Of a stretch of 64,000 nt of DNA, positions 1 to 13,126 are shown one piece after another. Location: positions 1,426,001 to 1,490,000 of the forward strand of contig CATNEN010000029.1 in NCBI GenBank assembly GCA_950097015.1. The letters run 5' to 3'. Origin of the DNA: Macrostomum hystrix (Eukaryota > Animalia > Platyhelminthes). The notes under the pieces were generated by a model that made no database searches, was not told the origin of the DNA, and saw only the letters and a list, made by a program, of their open reading frames with translations. The first letter of the stretch is position 1. Each line of letters opens with the position of its first letter. A program made the position numbers and the translations under genes.

Positions 1-166
1 TCTGAGCCACATTGACGTCTGTTTTGGACAAATACAATTAAATTGTGATCTAAATAGCCTCAGATATCACAACTTTATGTTTTCAAAATTCTTCGTAACT
101 CGTAATGTTAATTAGAGACAAAGTTGCAACACCTCCACAATCAGTAACATTCCACAACATTCATAA

Positions 167-520
167 TTGACGTTAGGCCCTAGCGACATTTTACCGCACT
201 GTTTATAATGCTAAAAAACCGCCTTTTTAACAAACCTTATTATGCGGTGGACTATGTGGAATTTACCGCACTGTTTAAATAACCTTGTGCTTTTCTAGCA
301 CCATCTCGCAGTCATTATTGGTAGGCAGGCTCTTCATTGCGATGGTAATGCTGAAGGGGCAATCCTTCACTTCGGCACATTTCATTCGCCTGAAAGCGTG
401 AAATGAGGTTATTTAAACAATGCGGTAAAAACCGCTAACTACACCGCAGGGTAATGTGTTTATTACTATGCGGTAAAGTTAGCGGTTTTTAAAGCGTGGT
501 AAAATGTCGCTAACGTCAAA
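167..520. mobile_element. MITE-like element with nested inverted repeats
   Basis: TAGCGACATTTTACCGC (181-197) is a 16/17 inverted match to 496-512. An inner pair, TTTACCGCACTGTTTAAATAACC (~262-284) and GGTTATTTAAACAATGCGGTAAA (~407-429), is also inverted. No coding capacity; TSD not resolved. Confidence 0.55.
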
Positions 521-2024
521 ATTGCCGAGTAATGAATTCAGAACGCCCGCACAAACGTTTTTAAAGCATACAATTTTATACAGTTTGTATATTTTACCAC
601 GGTTATTTTCCATTCAGTTTTGCTTTTATTTTTATCCATACCCCTCAATGTATTGGCATTATATATTTATTTCGGTTGGATTTGTTTTAGTACGCTTCGC
701 AGTTGTTATATAAAAATTGCACACATTTTGTCATCGGGAAATGTACTGCAGACAAATATACGCGAGTGCATACAAAGAACTAGAATTAGGCTAAAGCCGA
801 ATAGATTGACAAATTCAACAGGCTATCCTAATTTTTATGCCTTGGGATGTTTATACAATACGTATATTAAAAAATTGTCCCGCGCACAGGCAGCTACTTT
901 TCAGTTTTCAGTTTTCGCAGAAAGTAGCTGCTTGTATCAAAATACATCGTTAATTGCATCCAGTAATCATTATTAGTATGTTGCCTAATGAATTCATTTA
1001 TCTATATTAATTGATATGTAATTGCATACATTGTAGAAATGCGATTCATTACATCATCAGCTGATCGGTGTATACTCGTACTCTACCAAAAATTAAAGCC
1101 CTATAAGCGTCACTACGTACCATAAACTATTTATAAAGCGAAACATGTAGTTTCGCTCACACGTATCGAGTCAGGTCACGCGATCAAGTTATTTTTAAAT
1201 GTGCCTTTAATTTCCGGCCATATTGAATTTTTAACAATTACAAATATCTGCATGGATCGTATTAAGTACGAGGCCAGGAATTGTGTTTAACACGTGTTTA
1301 GGGTGCCACCCCAACCCCACCGATAAATTCCTACTCCAGCGATAAATGCTCTGCTAGTAATAATTTTACGACTGCGTAAACTGAAGCAACAGGGAATAAG
1401 TGTCTTGCTTAAGGGCATAAATTGTCCCCCCCTTGGGCTGAGGTTCAAACTCCCGATCTCTTCGGTCAAATTTCCGAAACTCTGTAACCACTCTACTAGT
1501 TTTAAAGTTTATAATGTATTACTCGTATTGCAGCAATTCTGTAGTACTTTATATACTTCCTGTAGTAAACGAACGCTCGAATATGCAATGTACATGTACA
1601 CAAAATCGTTTTATGCGTCTTTCGTACTTCAGGTGCGGTAATCTGAAACGAAAGTAAAGACTTCCACGCGATTTTGTTTCTCTAAGGCTCTACAGTTGTC
1701 TTTATCTTTAAAAAATATCTTTTATACTCAGCTATGGATTGTTACTCTTAAACGACTTGGCATCACGGCTGAACAAAATGCCGGGACTATACTAAGCGCT
1801 TCGCTTATACATTGTACCTGGCTGAATTCACTAGCGAGAACCGACTGAAAGCACGATAATAATGCTTAGAATGAAAGGAAATATACTACTATATAATGTA
1901 AAGTATAAAGGCTGAATAATAAATTTTCTGGTTTTGCAAACAAAAAATGCTGCAAAAAAAGTTAAACTTGCTGCCATGCACTAATCCCTAGGGCCCGCGC
2001 ATAGTTTAGGGCTCAGTCAGCTGC

Positions 2025-3853
2025 TCATTTAGCTGGCTCAGCGTCGTGCGTCTTTGGTTTGAGCACCCAGTGTAGCTGGCGTTTGAGCAGGCTGCAGCAC
2101 TGCTCCACATTTAATGGCTGGCTGGCTCGCAGAATGCAGAAGTTCTTGGGTGCACCGAATTTTGATTGTGACATCTCAGACCGGATCTCGATGTCGCACT
2201 GCGTGATGCTTGTGATCTTTCGAATGCGACGATCGTTGGGATCACAGATCACCTTCTCCAGCTGCTCCACGGTCCAGTTGAGAATCTGGTAGCTGCGGCT
2301 GATCTGCTGCTCCGAAGTTTTTTCGTCGCTATTTCTCTGCGCCGCCTCGTCATAGTCGGCGCCGTCTTCCGCGGTGGAAGCATCCGAGCAGTTTGAGCCG
2401 AACTGGTTCGTGTTGACGCGAACCAGAGTCCCCTTGCTGGCTGCCAATGTCAGATCAGTTGGAATGGAATTTCACCTTTATGAATTCAGCTAGACTCTAA
2501 TGTCACATTCAGGAGCTTCTGTCCATGGAATTTTCCGATATAATCTATCTTTACTAGCATGGACCACTAGGAGTAGAAGGATGGGAAACCACGTTTCTTA
2601 GAAAAAAAATTAGAAGGCAGGTTTTTGCTAAACTGTATAGCGGCCCTCGAAGCTCCCAAATCCGGCCCGTTGCCCCTTCCGACACCTACAGTATCCAGTT
2701 TCCCCTTTCCCCTGTCTCATCTGTCTCATCTCTCCTCTGTCTCATCTCTCCTCTGTCTCATCTCTCCTCTGTCTCATCTCTTCCGTGTCTCATCTCTCCT
2801 GTGTGTCATCTCCCCCCGTAATATCTTCTCTGTATTATCTTTATCCTGTCTCATCTCTGCCCTATATAATATTTCTACAGTCAATGCGGCCCGCTATCGT
2901 CTTTTAGGTTCTCTCTTTGACCCCGCTAGGTAATAATTTTGCCGACTCTTGCACTAAGGAGAGAGGAACCTTTCACTTTTTCACATCAAAATAGTGACAG
3001 ATTTTTAGCTGAAGCAGATTCAAAGCTCTTCTTTTGATCTAACTTACCAAACATGTTGCTCTAGTTACCAAAGCCACCCTCATTACCAAAGCCACTCACA
3101 TTACCAAAGCCACTCTCATTACCAAACCCACTCTCATTACCAAAGCCACTCTCATTACCAAAGCCACTCTCATTACCAAAGCCACTCTCATTACCAAAGC
3201 CACTCTCATTACCAAAGCCACTCTCATTACCAAAGCCACTCTCATTACCAAAGCCACTCTCATTACCAAAGCCACTCTCATTACCAAACCCACTCTCATT
3301 ACCAAAGCCACTCACATTACCAAAGCCACTCACATTACCAAAGCCTCTCTCATTACCAAAGTCACTATCGTACAAGAAGCTCTAACGTTACCAAAGTCAC
3401 TATCGTGCCAGCAATTTGGCTCCAAAATAACTAATTTCACCATCTAGCCCCAGTTTTTGAAAAGTGTTAGACTTAAAATTTCCCTACTCACAGGTGGCGA
3501 ATTCGTCAGCCAGGTTTTCTGATTTTCGGGGCCCATACTTCGATGCTCCGCAGTCCATTGGGTCTGTTTGCTGGGGCATAGCGGCGGCGGCGGCAGCGGC
3601 TGCGGATACCGAAGCTGCAGAAGGAGCCAAGGCGGCGTCATCGTCACCCGGGTCGGTCATCAGGAGGCCCTCGCTTAACGGGAATCTGTGCGCGCAGTTC
3701 GGACACTGAACTCGAAGCTCGTTCAGTGCGCCGGTGAGGACGGAGCCCACGTCGGAATAATCTGGATTGCAGCTGCTATGCCGGCTGTCCGAACCGATGC
3801 TGCTTTTATCGCCATTTAGCAGCAGCTGCTGCCTTGGCAGCTGATAATGCTGC

Positions 3854-3886
<33 letters not shown>

Positions 3887-3900
3887 CTTGGCAGCTGATA

Positions 3901-3938
<38 letters not shown>

Positions 3939-3978
3939 TGCGATGACAACCAGACGTGCTGCCAATGAAGCCGCTCAT
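2025..3978 (-). CDS. ~300-aa protein with polyQ, a CxxC knuckle and a degenerate KH-like domain
   Basis: Model complement(join(2025..2440,3492..3978)) = 903 nt. Phase-1 donor T|GTGAGT at 3491; acceptor CTGAC-ATTGGCAG|CC at 2441. Exon 2 follows a KH beta-alpha-alpha-beta pattern (VICDPNDRRIRKITSITQCDIEI) but lacks GxxG. Exon 1 has polyQ and CPNCAHRF. The start codon is uncertain. Confidence 0.6.
3063..3370. repeat. 18-bp minisatellite (TTACCAAAGCCACTCTCA)n, intronic
   Basis: About 17 near-identical units inside the 2441-3491 intron. Confidence 0.95.
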
Positions 3979-4986
3979 TTCGTACTTAGGCAACAAGTTT
4001 TTTCAAATATTGTAGGAAAACAATCTGAGCAGAGACTATCGAATTTTATTTCCGTTTGTTAAGCACTGTCCTTGCGATTGGCTGTGCCATAGACATGTCA
4101 CGAAAGAATCATCCATATTGCTAGTACTTTGACACACGCATGCTTTAAGTCGGGTGATTGACATAGTGTTTAAGGAGGCAAAATTATATATTAAAGAGAA
4201 CGAGTAGAAGTATGGCTTGAATGTCTGGCGATACGGTATATATATATGTACTATTTTCATTCTCATATGTCGGAGCTTGGATCAAGATTGACTTTATTTT
4301 GAAATCAGGCCACAACAATATCCTTTTCTAGGTGAGGACAAACTATTGCATAAAAATAGATTCCCGTGACACGTAAAACAGGTCTATTATTATGGCCAAG
4401 CCAGAAATGTAGAATAATACGGAACTTTATAGTGCACTGACGACCTGTACTCGTCTATAGTTTAGCAATATTGATTGCAGCTATTGTGTAAGCGGACCTG
4501 CATGGCTACAATTTGGCCTGAAACTTGCACAGGAGGTTGCTGCAACTTCGAGTTGGCATAGCAACCGTAGTGGGGCAGGCTCATGAGGATTTCAAACAAT
4601 GTCCCACACATTTCCTATCCCCCTGGTTGCCGGGTCTACACGCGCAGGTTATTTCAATCCGCGGGAAAAAAAATCCCGTCTCCCAACGCCACTGCAGCAC
4701 AAGCATGACAGGGAGCAGTGGTCAACTAACGGTGGGCTAGTTGGGGGCAGGCTGAGTAGGCGATTGTACTCGGCGAACAAGCTCAAAGAAAAGACATCAT
4801 TGAAGCAAGCTGCTGATGTACTTTCTATCCCCCCTGTCATTCCCATTCTCTTTCATGCCAATGCTCCCCTACCTATAGCTATTGGTGAGAATTTGAATTG
4901 GTATAGCTTTTGTGAGACCGCCGCCAAATACAGCCACTTTTATCCAACTCGGCAGTGCCAACCTCCGATTGTGATTTCCAATCGAC

Positions 4987-6306
4987 ATGTCGTCGGTAAT
5001 ATCAACACTGCCGCCGACTGTCCCGCCTCCGCTGCAGACTCCTTTGCCGCAGTCGTCATCTGCGCCAGCCGAGCAGGATAAGTACAGCCGGCTGACTGTG
5101 CCCTCCTTCACAATAGAATGGGCTGTGGCACTGTGCACCTGCAACTTCATTGTGCCCGGACTTGGTGCGTACATATAAATCTGCATACACAATACGTCAC
5201 TGTTCTGTATTTTAAATTAGTAGCAGAGAAGCGCCGAGAAGTTCAAATGAAAAAACTGGACCGCATCATTGTGTCCTCACATTAGTTGATGCATACACAG
5301 ATGGCGGCCCTAGAAAGGGCCGTTTTATGAGCTAGTTTTCGCAGAATTAGATGCACTGAACAACAATTACCTGCGTACTTACATATATATTTTGTTTTCC
5401 AATTGTTCAAGTTTGTTCCAACAACTTCGCAGGCACCCTGGTGGCCGGTCTCACCCTGTGCTGCCCGTGCAGCAACCGCCGGGGCTTCGACTGTCGCGAC
5501 ACCTGCTGCTCCGCCTGCATTCAGCTGGGCATCGCACTAATGCAGCTGTTGCTGACCCCCGTGTGCCTTGTTGGCTGGATCTGGAGCTGCGTCTGGGGCT
5601 TCGCCTTCATCGGGCAGTCAGGTGAGGGGCCAAGCACTTTCTAGGCAAGATGGATTGTAGCCTATGGTGGTTGGGGCGTCGGACTCATGACTTAAAGGTC
5701 AGGAAATACGAAATAACTGGATGTATTTCGATATAGCTTCTGGGGAGCTCTTCATGGAGTAACGGTCTGGACAGTCAAATGTAGCCTGTAGACTTCAGGA
5801 CACAAGACTATAAATAGTTGTCCCACTGGCCAATGGAAAGTTCTGTTACGGAAGTTTCTGCTTCATTCTGAGTGAAGGGCCCTACATTCTAAGGGCGTTG
5901 CATATCCTTTGAGAGAAAGCCATCGCTTTAGAAATCATAAATAATTTGAATATCGCTAGGTCACGAGAGACGCCGAGAGACAACCGCAACCGGAGCGACC
6001 TCCGGCGGCATCGTCGTTGTCACAGCCGGCCAGCCGCCGCAGGCCGCGTCTCTGCCGGGCGGAAGTGGCTATTTCAACTACGCCTTTCACTTTAAAGCCC
6101 CAGTCACCGTGCATCCGTACGGCCCGCCGCCCGCCTACACAACCGAAGCGCCGCCGCCGCCTTATTATGAAATCACTGAAGCGACAGCGTCTACATTGGC
6201 CGCCGCTTCAACGTCAGTCGCCTACGCGACGCCGCCGACGATGCCAGCAGTTGTGCAGCATCAGCCCCTGTCGGCGGCGTTGGAACCATCGGCGCCGGAC
6301 ATTTGA
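4987..6306 (+). CDS. STUM: Stum/SPEC3-family small membrane protein with PPxY-containing C-terminal tail (~237 aa)
   Basis: join(4987..5164,5433..5621,5960..6306) = 714 nt; both introns are GT-AG phase 1. Family motif: AVALCTCNFIVPGLGTLVAG...CC...LGIALMQLLLTPVCLVGWIWSCVWG. In-frame TGA at 4972 precedes the ATG. Confidence 0.8.
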
Positions 6307-6479
6307 GGCTCTGTCCCATTCATAACAATGCCGCACAATTTCCTATAGCAACAGAGTTCGAGCGTGCGATGGAGGGTTTGCTGTTTTATTTTTCCGCTTA
6401 AGACAAAAAGTTCTGTTAGCGCACTTTTATCTCGTGCGTTCGCACTTGCATGAAATTTTAGTTAAGATGTGCGTGTGCT

Positions 6480-7115
6480 ATAACTAATTGTGTGTGTACT
6501 TTTATCGAGTGTGTGTACTTTCATTTAGTGTGAGTACATTCGTTAAGCGTGTGTACTTTAATCATAGAATTAGTGTACTTTCGTTGAATGTGTGTTTTCA
6601 TCAAATTAGTGTGTACTTTTATCGAATGCGTGTACTTTTATCAAGTGTGTGTACTTTTATTTAATGTTTTCTCTTTTCATCGAATGTGTGTACTTTTAAA
6701 GAATGGGTATAATTTTATCGAGTGTGTGTACTTTCATTGAGTGTGAGTACATTCGTTGAGCGTGTGTACTATAATAGTAGAATTAGTGTACTTTCGTTGA
6801 GCGTGTGTACTATAATATTAGAATTAGTGTACTTTCGTTGAGCGTGTGTACTATAATAGTAGAATTAGTGTACTTTCGTTGAATGTGTGTTTTCATCAAA
6901 TGCGTGTACTTTTATCGAGTGTGTGTACTTTTATTTAATGTTTTATTTTTTCATCGAATGTGTGTACTTTTAAAGAATAGGTATACTTTTATCGAGTGTG
7001 TACTTTTAAAGAATGGGTACACTTTTATCGAGTGTGTGTACTTTCTTAGAGTTTGTGTAGTTTCATCGAATTCGCGCACTTTTTATCGAGCGTGATAAAA
7101 GTACACACTCGATAA
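6480..7115. repeat. Degenerate (GTGTGTACTTTTATCGA)-type repeat
   Basis: Many diverged GTGTGTACTTT units, with one inverted copy (AAAAGTACACACTCGATAAA) at ~7097-7116. Confidence 0.8.
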
Positions 7116-7919
7116 ACAAGAGAAATATTTTTGTGCAAAATGCGCTTTCGACTTCGTAAGCTTGCACATTTACTCGCTGGCCTGTGTAACATGCATGTAA
7201 CCTTGTAACTGATGTAATTGGCACGCATTCTCAATTTAATCTCTAACGTCTATGCACTTTAAGTACAAGCATTGATGCACAGGTTAATAAAGCTCAGATC
7301 ATGTACTTTTGCGTTTCAGATTTGTACTTTTAGTCTAGCTCAAGCTTAATCTAGAATGAAATCTAAAATCTAAAGTATTTTGTTCATAAGTAAAATCAAT
7401 TTTTTGTCTTAACTAATTCTAACCGGGCTGTAAGAAGGATATCTTTACTAGCATTATTGTAAATGTAAATGTGTCAATTTACAGTTTAAATTATACACAA
7501 CTCAACTAGAATTAGTAATCCAAATTTTGAGGTTGCAACCAAGATCGGCTTTTTGTTATAAATAAAAACGAACACTATAAAAATAGCTTAAGATTTGCAT
7601 AACCTACCTGAGTTTAGTGGCCTAATTCAAAACCAGCCAAAAATGAAAAAAACTAAATAATGAAATTGAACAAGCAGGCCATTGCTTTAGAAAACAGTCA
7701 AGCGTTTTTTGTGCGCTATACAGAATCGTTTCAAACAATAAAACAGATTCCATTGTGTTGGCAGCTGAACTGTTCTACAGAACACAATCAGGGAACAACA
7801 GACAAGGCTGCTAGGAAAATAGGCCGAACTCTTCAGCCAGGGCAGTGACAAAATTTGTTGTTAAAAAATGACTGGAACTGGTATGACTCTGGTCTGGCAA
7901 AAATGATACAACAATCACT

Positions 7920-10762
7920 CTGGAGGGAGGGAATGGCAGTCCAGTATCTGGGACTGTTTGGAGGGAGGTAGGGAATGGCAGTCCAGTATCTGGGACTGTT
8001 TGGAAGGAGGAAGGGAATGGCAGTCCAGTATCTGGGACTGTTTGGAGGGAGGGAGGGAATGGCAGTCCAGTATCTGGGACTGTTTGGATGGAGGAAGGGA
8101 ATGGCAGTCCAGTATCTGGGACTGTTTGGAAGGAGGAAGGGAATGGCAGTCCAGTATCTGGGACTGTTTGGAGGGAGGAAGGGAATGGCAGTCCAGTATC
8201 TGGGACTGTTTGGATGGAGGGAGGGAATGGTAGTCCAGTATCTGGGACTGTTTGGAGGGAGGGAGGGAATGGCAGTCCAGTATCTGGGACTGTTTGGAGG
8301 GAGGAAGGGAATGGCAGTCCAGTATCTGGGACTGTTTGGAGGGAGGGAGGGAATGGCAGTCCAGTATCTGGGACTGTTTGGATGGAGGGAGGGAATGGCA
8401 GTCCAGTATCTGGGACTGTTTGGAGGGAGGAAGGGAATGGCAGTCCAGTATCTGGGACTGTTTGGAGGGAGGAAGGGAATGGTAGTCCAGTATCTGGGGC
8501 TGTTTGGAGGGAGGAAGGGAATGGCAGTCCAGTATCTGGGACTGTTTGGAGGGAGGAAGGGAATGGCAGTCCAGTATCTGGGACTGTTTGGAGGGAGGGA
8601 GGGAATGGCAGTCCAGTATCTGGGACTGTTTGGATGGAGGGAGGGAATGGCAGTCCAGTATCTGGGACTGTTTGGAGGGAGGAAGGGAATGGCAGTCCAG
8701 TATTTGGGACTGTTTGGAGGGAGGAAGGGAATGGCAGTCCAGTATCTGGGACTGTTTGGAGGGAGGAAGGGAATGGCAGTCCAGTATCTGGGACTGTTTG
8801 GAAGGAGGAAGGGAATGGCAGTCCAGTATCTGGGACTGTTTGGAGGGAGGGAGGGAATGGCAGTCCAGTATCTGGGACTGTTTGGATGGAGGAAGGGAAT
8901 GGCAGTCCAGTATCTGGGACTGTTTGGAAGGAGGAAGGGAATGGCAGTCCAGTATCTGGGACTGTTTGGAGGGAGGAAGGGAATGGCAGTCCAGTATCTG
9001 GGACTGTTTGGATGGAGGGAGGGAATGGTAGTCCAGTATCTGGGACTGTTTGGAGGGAGGGAGGGAATGGCAGTCCAGTATCTGGGACTGTTTGGAGGGA
9101 GGAAGGGAATGGCAGTCCAGTATCTGGGACTGTTTGGAGGGAGGGAGGGAATGGCAGTCCAGTATCTGGGACTGTTTGGATGGAGGGAGGGAATGGCAGT
9201 CCAGTATCTGGGACTGTTTGGAGGGAGGAAGGGAATGGCAGTCCAGTATCTGGGACTGTTTGGAGGGAGGAAGGGAATGGTAGTCCAGTATCTGGGGCTG
9301 TTTGGAGGGAGGAAGGGAATGGCAGTCCAGTATCTGGGACTGTTTGGAGGGAGGAAGGGAATGGCAGTCCAGTATCTGGGACTGTTTGGAGGGAGGAAGG
9401 GAATGGCAGTCCAGTATCTGGGACTGTTTGGAGGGAGGGAGGGAATGGCAGTCCAGTATCTGGGACTGTTTGGAGGGAGGGAGGGAATGACAGTCCAGTA
9501 TCTGGGACTGTTTGGAGGGAGGAAGGGAATGGCAGTCCAGTATCTGGGACTGTTTGGAGGGAGGAAGGGAATGGCAGTCCAGTATCTGGGACTGTCTGGA
9601 AGGAGGAAGGGAATGGCAGTCCAGTATCTGGGACTGTTTGGAGGGAGGAAGGGAATGGCAGTCCAGTATCTGGGACTGTTTGGATGGAGGGAGGGAATGG
9701 CAGTCCAGTATCTGGGACTGTTTGGAGGGAGGGAGGGAATGGCAGTCCAGTATCTGGGACTGTTTGGAGGGAGGAAGGGAATGGCAGTCCAGTATCTGGG
9801 ACTGTTTGGAGGGAGGAAGGGAATGGCAGTCCAGTATCTGGGACTGTCTGGAGGGAGGAAGGGAATGGCAGTCCAGTATCTGGGACTGTTTGGAGGGAGG
9901 AAGGGAATGGCAGTCCAGTATCTGGGACTGTTTGGAGGGAGGAAGGGAATGGTAGTCCAGTATCTGGGACTGTTTGGATGGAGGGAGGGAATGGTAGTCC
10001 AGTATCTGGGACTGTTTGGAGGGAGGGAGGGAATGGCAGTCCAGTATCTGGGACTGTTTGGATGGAGGGAGGGAATGGCAGTCCAGTATCTGGGACTGTT
10101 TGGAGGGAGGAAGGGAATGGCAGTCCAGTATCTGGGACTGTTTGGAGGGAGGGAGGGAATGGCAGTCCAGTATCTGGGACTGTTTGGATGGAGGGAGGGA
10201 ATGGCAGTCCAGTATCTGGGACTGTTTGGAGGGAGGGAGGGAATGGCAGTCCAGTATCTGGGACTGTTTGGAGGGAGGAAGGGAATGGCAGTCCAGTATC
10301 TGGGACTGTTTGGAGGGAGGAAGGGAATGGCAGTCCAGTATCTGGGACTGTCTGGAGGGAGGAAGGGAATGGCAGTCCAGTATCTGGGACTGTTTGGAGG
10401 GAGGAAGGGAATGGCAGTCCAGTATCTGGGACTGTTTGGAGGGAGGAAGGGAATGGTAGTCCAGTATCTGGGACTGTTTGGATGGAGGGAGGGAATGGTA
10501 GTCCAGTATCTGGGACTGTTTGGAGGGAGGGAGGGAATGGCAGTCCAGTATCTGGGACTGTTTGGATGGAGGGAGGGAATGGCAGTCCAGTATCTGGGAC
10601 TGTTTGGAGGGAGGAAGGGAATGGCAGTCCAGTATCTGGGACTGTTTGGAGGGAGGGAGGGAATGGCAGTCCAGTATCTGGGACTGTTTGGATGGAGGGA
10701 GGGAATGGCAGTCCAGTATCTGGGACTGTTTGGAGGGAGGAAGGGAATGGCAGTCCAGTATC
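7920..10762. repeat. 42-bp G-rich satellite, ~67 copies, with higher-order duplications
   Basis: Unit TGGAGGGAGGAAGGGAATGGCAGTCCAGTATCTGGGACTGTT. The rare variant GGGGCTG recurs at 8500 and 9298 (798 bp = 19 units); another block recurs at 504 bp (12 units). Confidence 0.97.
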
Positions 10763-11196
10763 AGAAGTTTTCCTTACTGTAACTGAGTTTGCGAAAACAA
10801 AACACGAAATCTATAAATAAACAGAACAGATAGGAGAATACTAGCACATTTAGACACAAACAGGGAGCGAAACAAGACAGACAGAAAGATAAACGATAGC
10901 AAACTATTGTCTTGGAATGTGCTTTGTGGAGCATTAAAGTCTAAAAACCTATTTTCAAGTCTTTAATTTTAGAGTTTTGGTCTAGATGATAAAGCATAAA
11001 ATGTTTATAACATGGACAAACAAAAATTATAGTGCCACACGGATCGCCACACTGCAAAAAAGATTATAAAGCTATAATACGAAGCCAAAAATGGAAATTC
11101 TAATTAGATTTAGTAAATAAACTATACAGTTCTGGGACAAAAATTAGCTAATTTAAATATGCATTTTCATATGCCTTTATGTCTCATCTATAACAG

Positions 11197-12063
11197 TCCG
11201 ATCAACCACTGTCACAGCCTCATCAACCACTGTTACAGTCTCATCAACCACTGTCACAGCCTCATCAACCAATGTTACAGCCTCATTAACCACTGTTACA
11301 GTCTCATCAACCACTGTCACAGCCTCATCAACCAATGTTACAGTCTCATCAACCACTGTCACAGCCTCATCAACCAATGTTACAGCCTCATTAACCACTG
11401 TTACAGCCTCATCAACCAATGTTACAGCCTCATCAACTAATTTTACAGCCTCATCAACCACTGTTACAGCCTCACCAACAAATGTTACAGCCTCATCAAC
11501 CAATGTTACAGCCTCATCAACCAATGTTACAGCCTCATCAACCAATGTTACAGCCTCACCAACTAATGTTACAGCCTCATCAACCAATGTTACAGCCTCA
11601 TCAACCAATGTTACAGCCTCATCAACCAATGTTACAGCCTCACCAACTAATGTTACAGCCTCATCAACCAATGTTACAGCCTCATCAACCAATGTTACAG
11701 CCTCATCAACCACTGTTACAGCCTCATCAACCAATGTTACAGCCTCATCAACCAATGTTACAGCCTCATCAACCAATGTTACAGCCTCACCAACTAATGT
11801 TACAGCCTCATCAACCAATGTTACAGCCTCATCAACCAATGTTACAGCCTCATCAACCAATGTTACAGCCTCATCAACCACTGTTACAGCCTCATCAACC
11901 AATGTTACAGCCTCATCAACCACTGTTACAGCCTCATCAACCACTGTTACAGCCTCATCAACCACTGTTACAGCCTCATCAACCACTGTTACAGCCTCAT
12001 CAACCACTGTTACAGCCTCATCAACCACTGTTACAGCCTCATCAACCAATGTTACAGCCTCAG
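11197..12063. repeat. 21-bp minisatellite (GTTACAGCCTCATCAACCAAT)n
   Basis: About 41 units read directly. Confidence 0.95.
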
Positions 12064-12654
12064 GTGCAAATCTATCACTGAAACAACTTTTACAACAATT
12101 CTTAAATACCTTACAAAAATAATAACTATGAAAAAACATAACGAAGTTGGTTAAAACGACAAATCAGACTTTATAATGCAGTTATTTGTCGTTAGGCGTA
12201 CATGTAGCGCATTTTAAGTTTTAGTTAGATATAATATATACCGTACCGGTAGAAGACGGTGCTAAAGTACACGAAAATTCAAAAGTTTTCTATGCCCAGA
12301 AATGGCTTCATTTAAAAAATAAATTGTTTAATATTGACAGGTCAATTTAGATTAAAAATTTATCAAAAAATCTATGAAATATTTACAACGATCAAGACTG
12401 AACTAAAATTCTCCTCAAAATCTGAAATTAAAACAAAGCGGATTCCACAAATTTGGATAGCAACGAAGCTATAAGAGAGATTCAAAACATGATTACAATA
12501 TTTAAAATTACAAATACGATTCACAACAGTAATTTAAGTCTCTGAATCGAAACTAGCTTACATAGGGAAAAGGGATTTCTTTATTGCTGCGTAATTGGGA
12601 TTTCAGCGAATTTAAGAATATAATATTTGTGGAACAAACATTGTAAAGTTAATG

Positions 12655-12920
12655 GGATTTCGGGGAAAGGAATGTCGGAAAAATATAATTTCGGAGACAT
12701 GAATATTTCAGGCAGAAAGGAATCTCGGAAAAATATTTCTGGGAAATGATGATTTTTTGGAAATAAAGAGTTTAGGGATTTTGGAGAATTGACTATCTTC
12801 GGGGAAACAGGGATTCCTGGGAAATAGGGATTTCGATGATATATGGATTTCGGGGAAATAGGGACTTCGAGGAAATGGATTTCGGGGAAATATGGATTAT
12901 GGGGAGAAGGATTTCAGAAA
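12655..12920. repeat. Degenerate GGATTTCGGGGAAAT repeat
   Basis: Recurring ATTTCGGGGAAA-like motifs with irregular spacing. Confidence 0.6.
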
Positions 12921-13126
12921 CTGTTAATTTCGGCCAGTTAGGACGCACATATTTAGAATTATTTGCATCTAGTTGACCCGGAGCCGAGTAAAGGCTTTAA
13001 TATGAGTTAATTCGCATTCGAAAACTTCTATAAACTCAATTCAACAGCGATTAGTTGTTACAAAACAGGTTTCAATCCTTGACTAGGTAGGGGGGGTGGG
13101 GGCTCAGTCGGACCCAATCGGCGAAT

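Noticed and set aside
4525-5192. ORFs 4599-5081 (+) and 4869-5192 (-)
   Set aside because: No recognisable motifs; they overlap the 5' region of the Stum gene in other frames.
7958-10820. 935-aa and 910-aa repeat ORFs as genes
   Set aside because: They are fully explained by a stop-free 42-bp unit; there is no unique N- or C-terminal domain, signal peptide or splice support.
11177-12139. Amelogenin-like (LQPHQPM)n and (VDEAVTL)n ORFs
   Set aside because: Alternative frames of the 21-bp array; the resemblance is compositional only.
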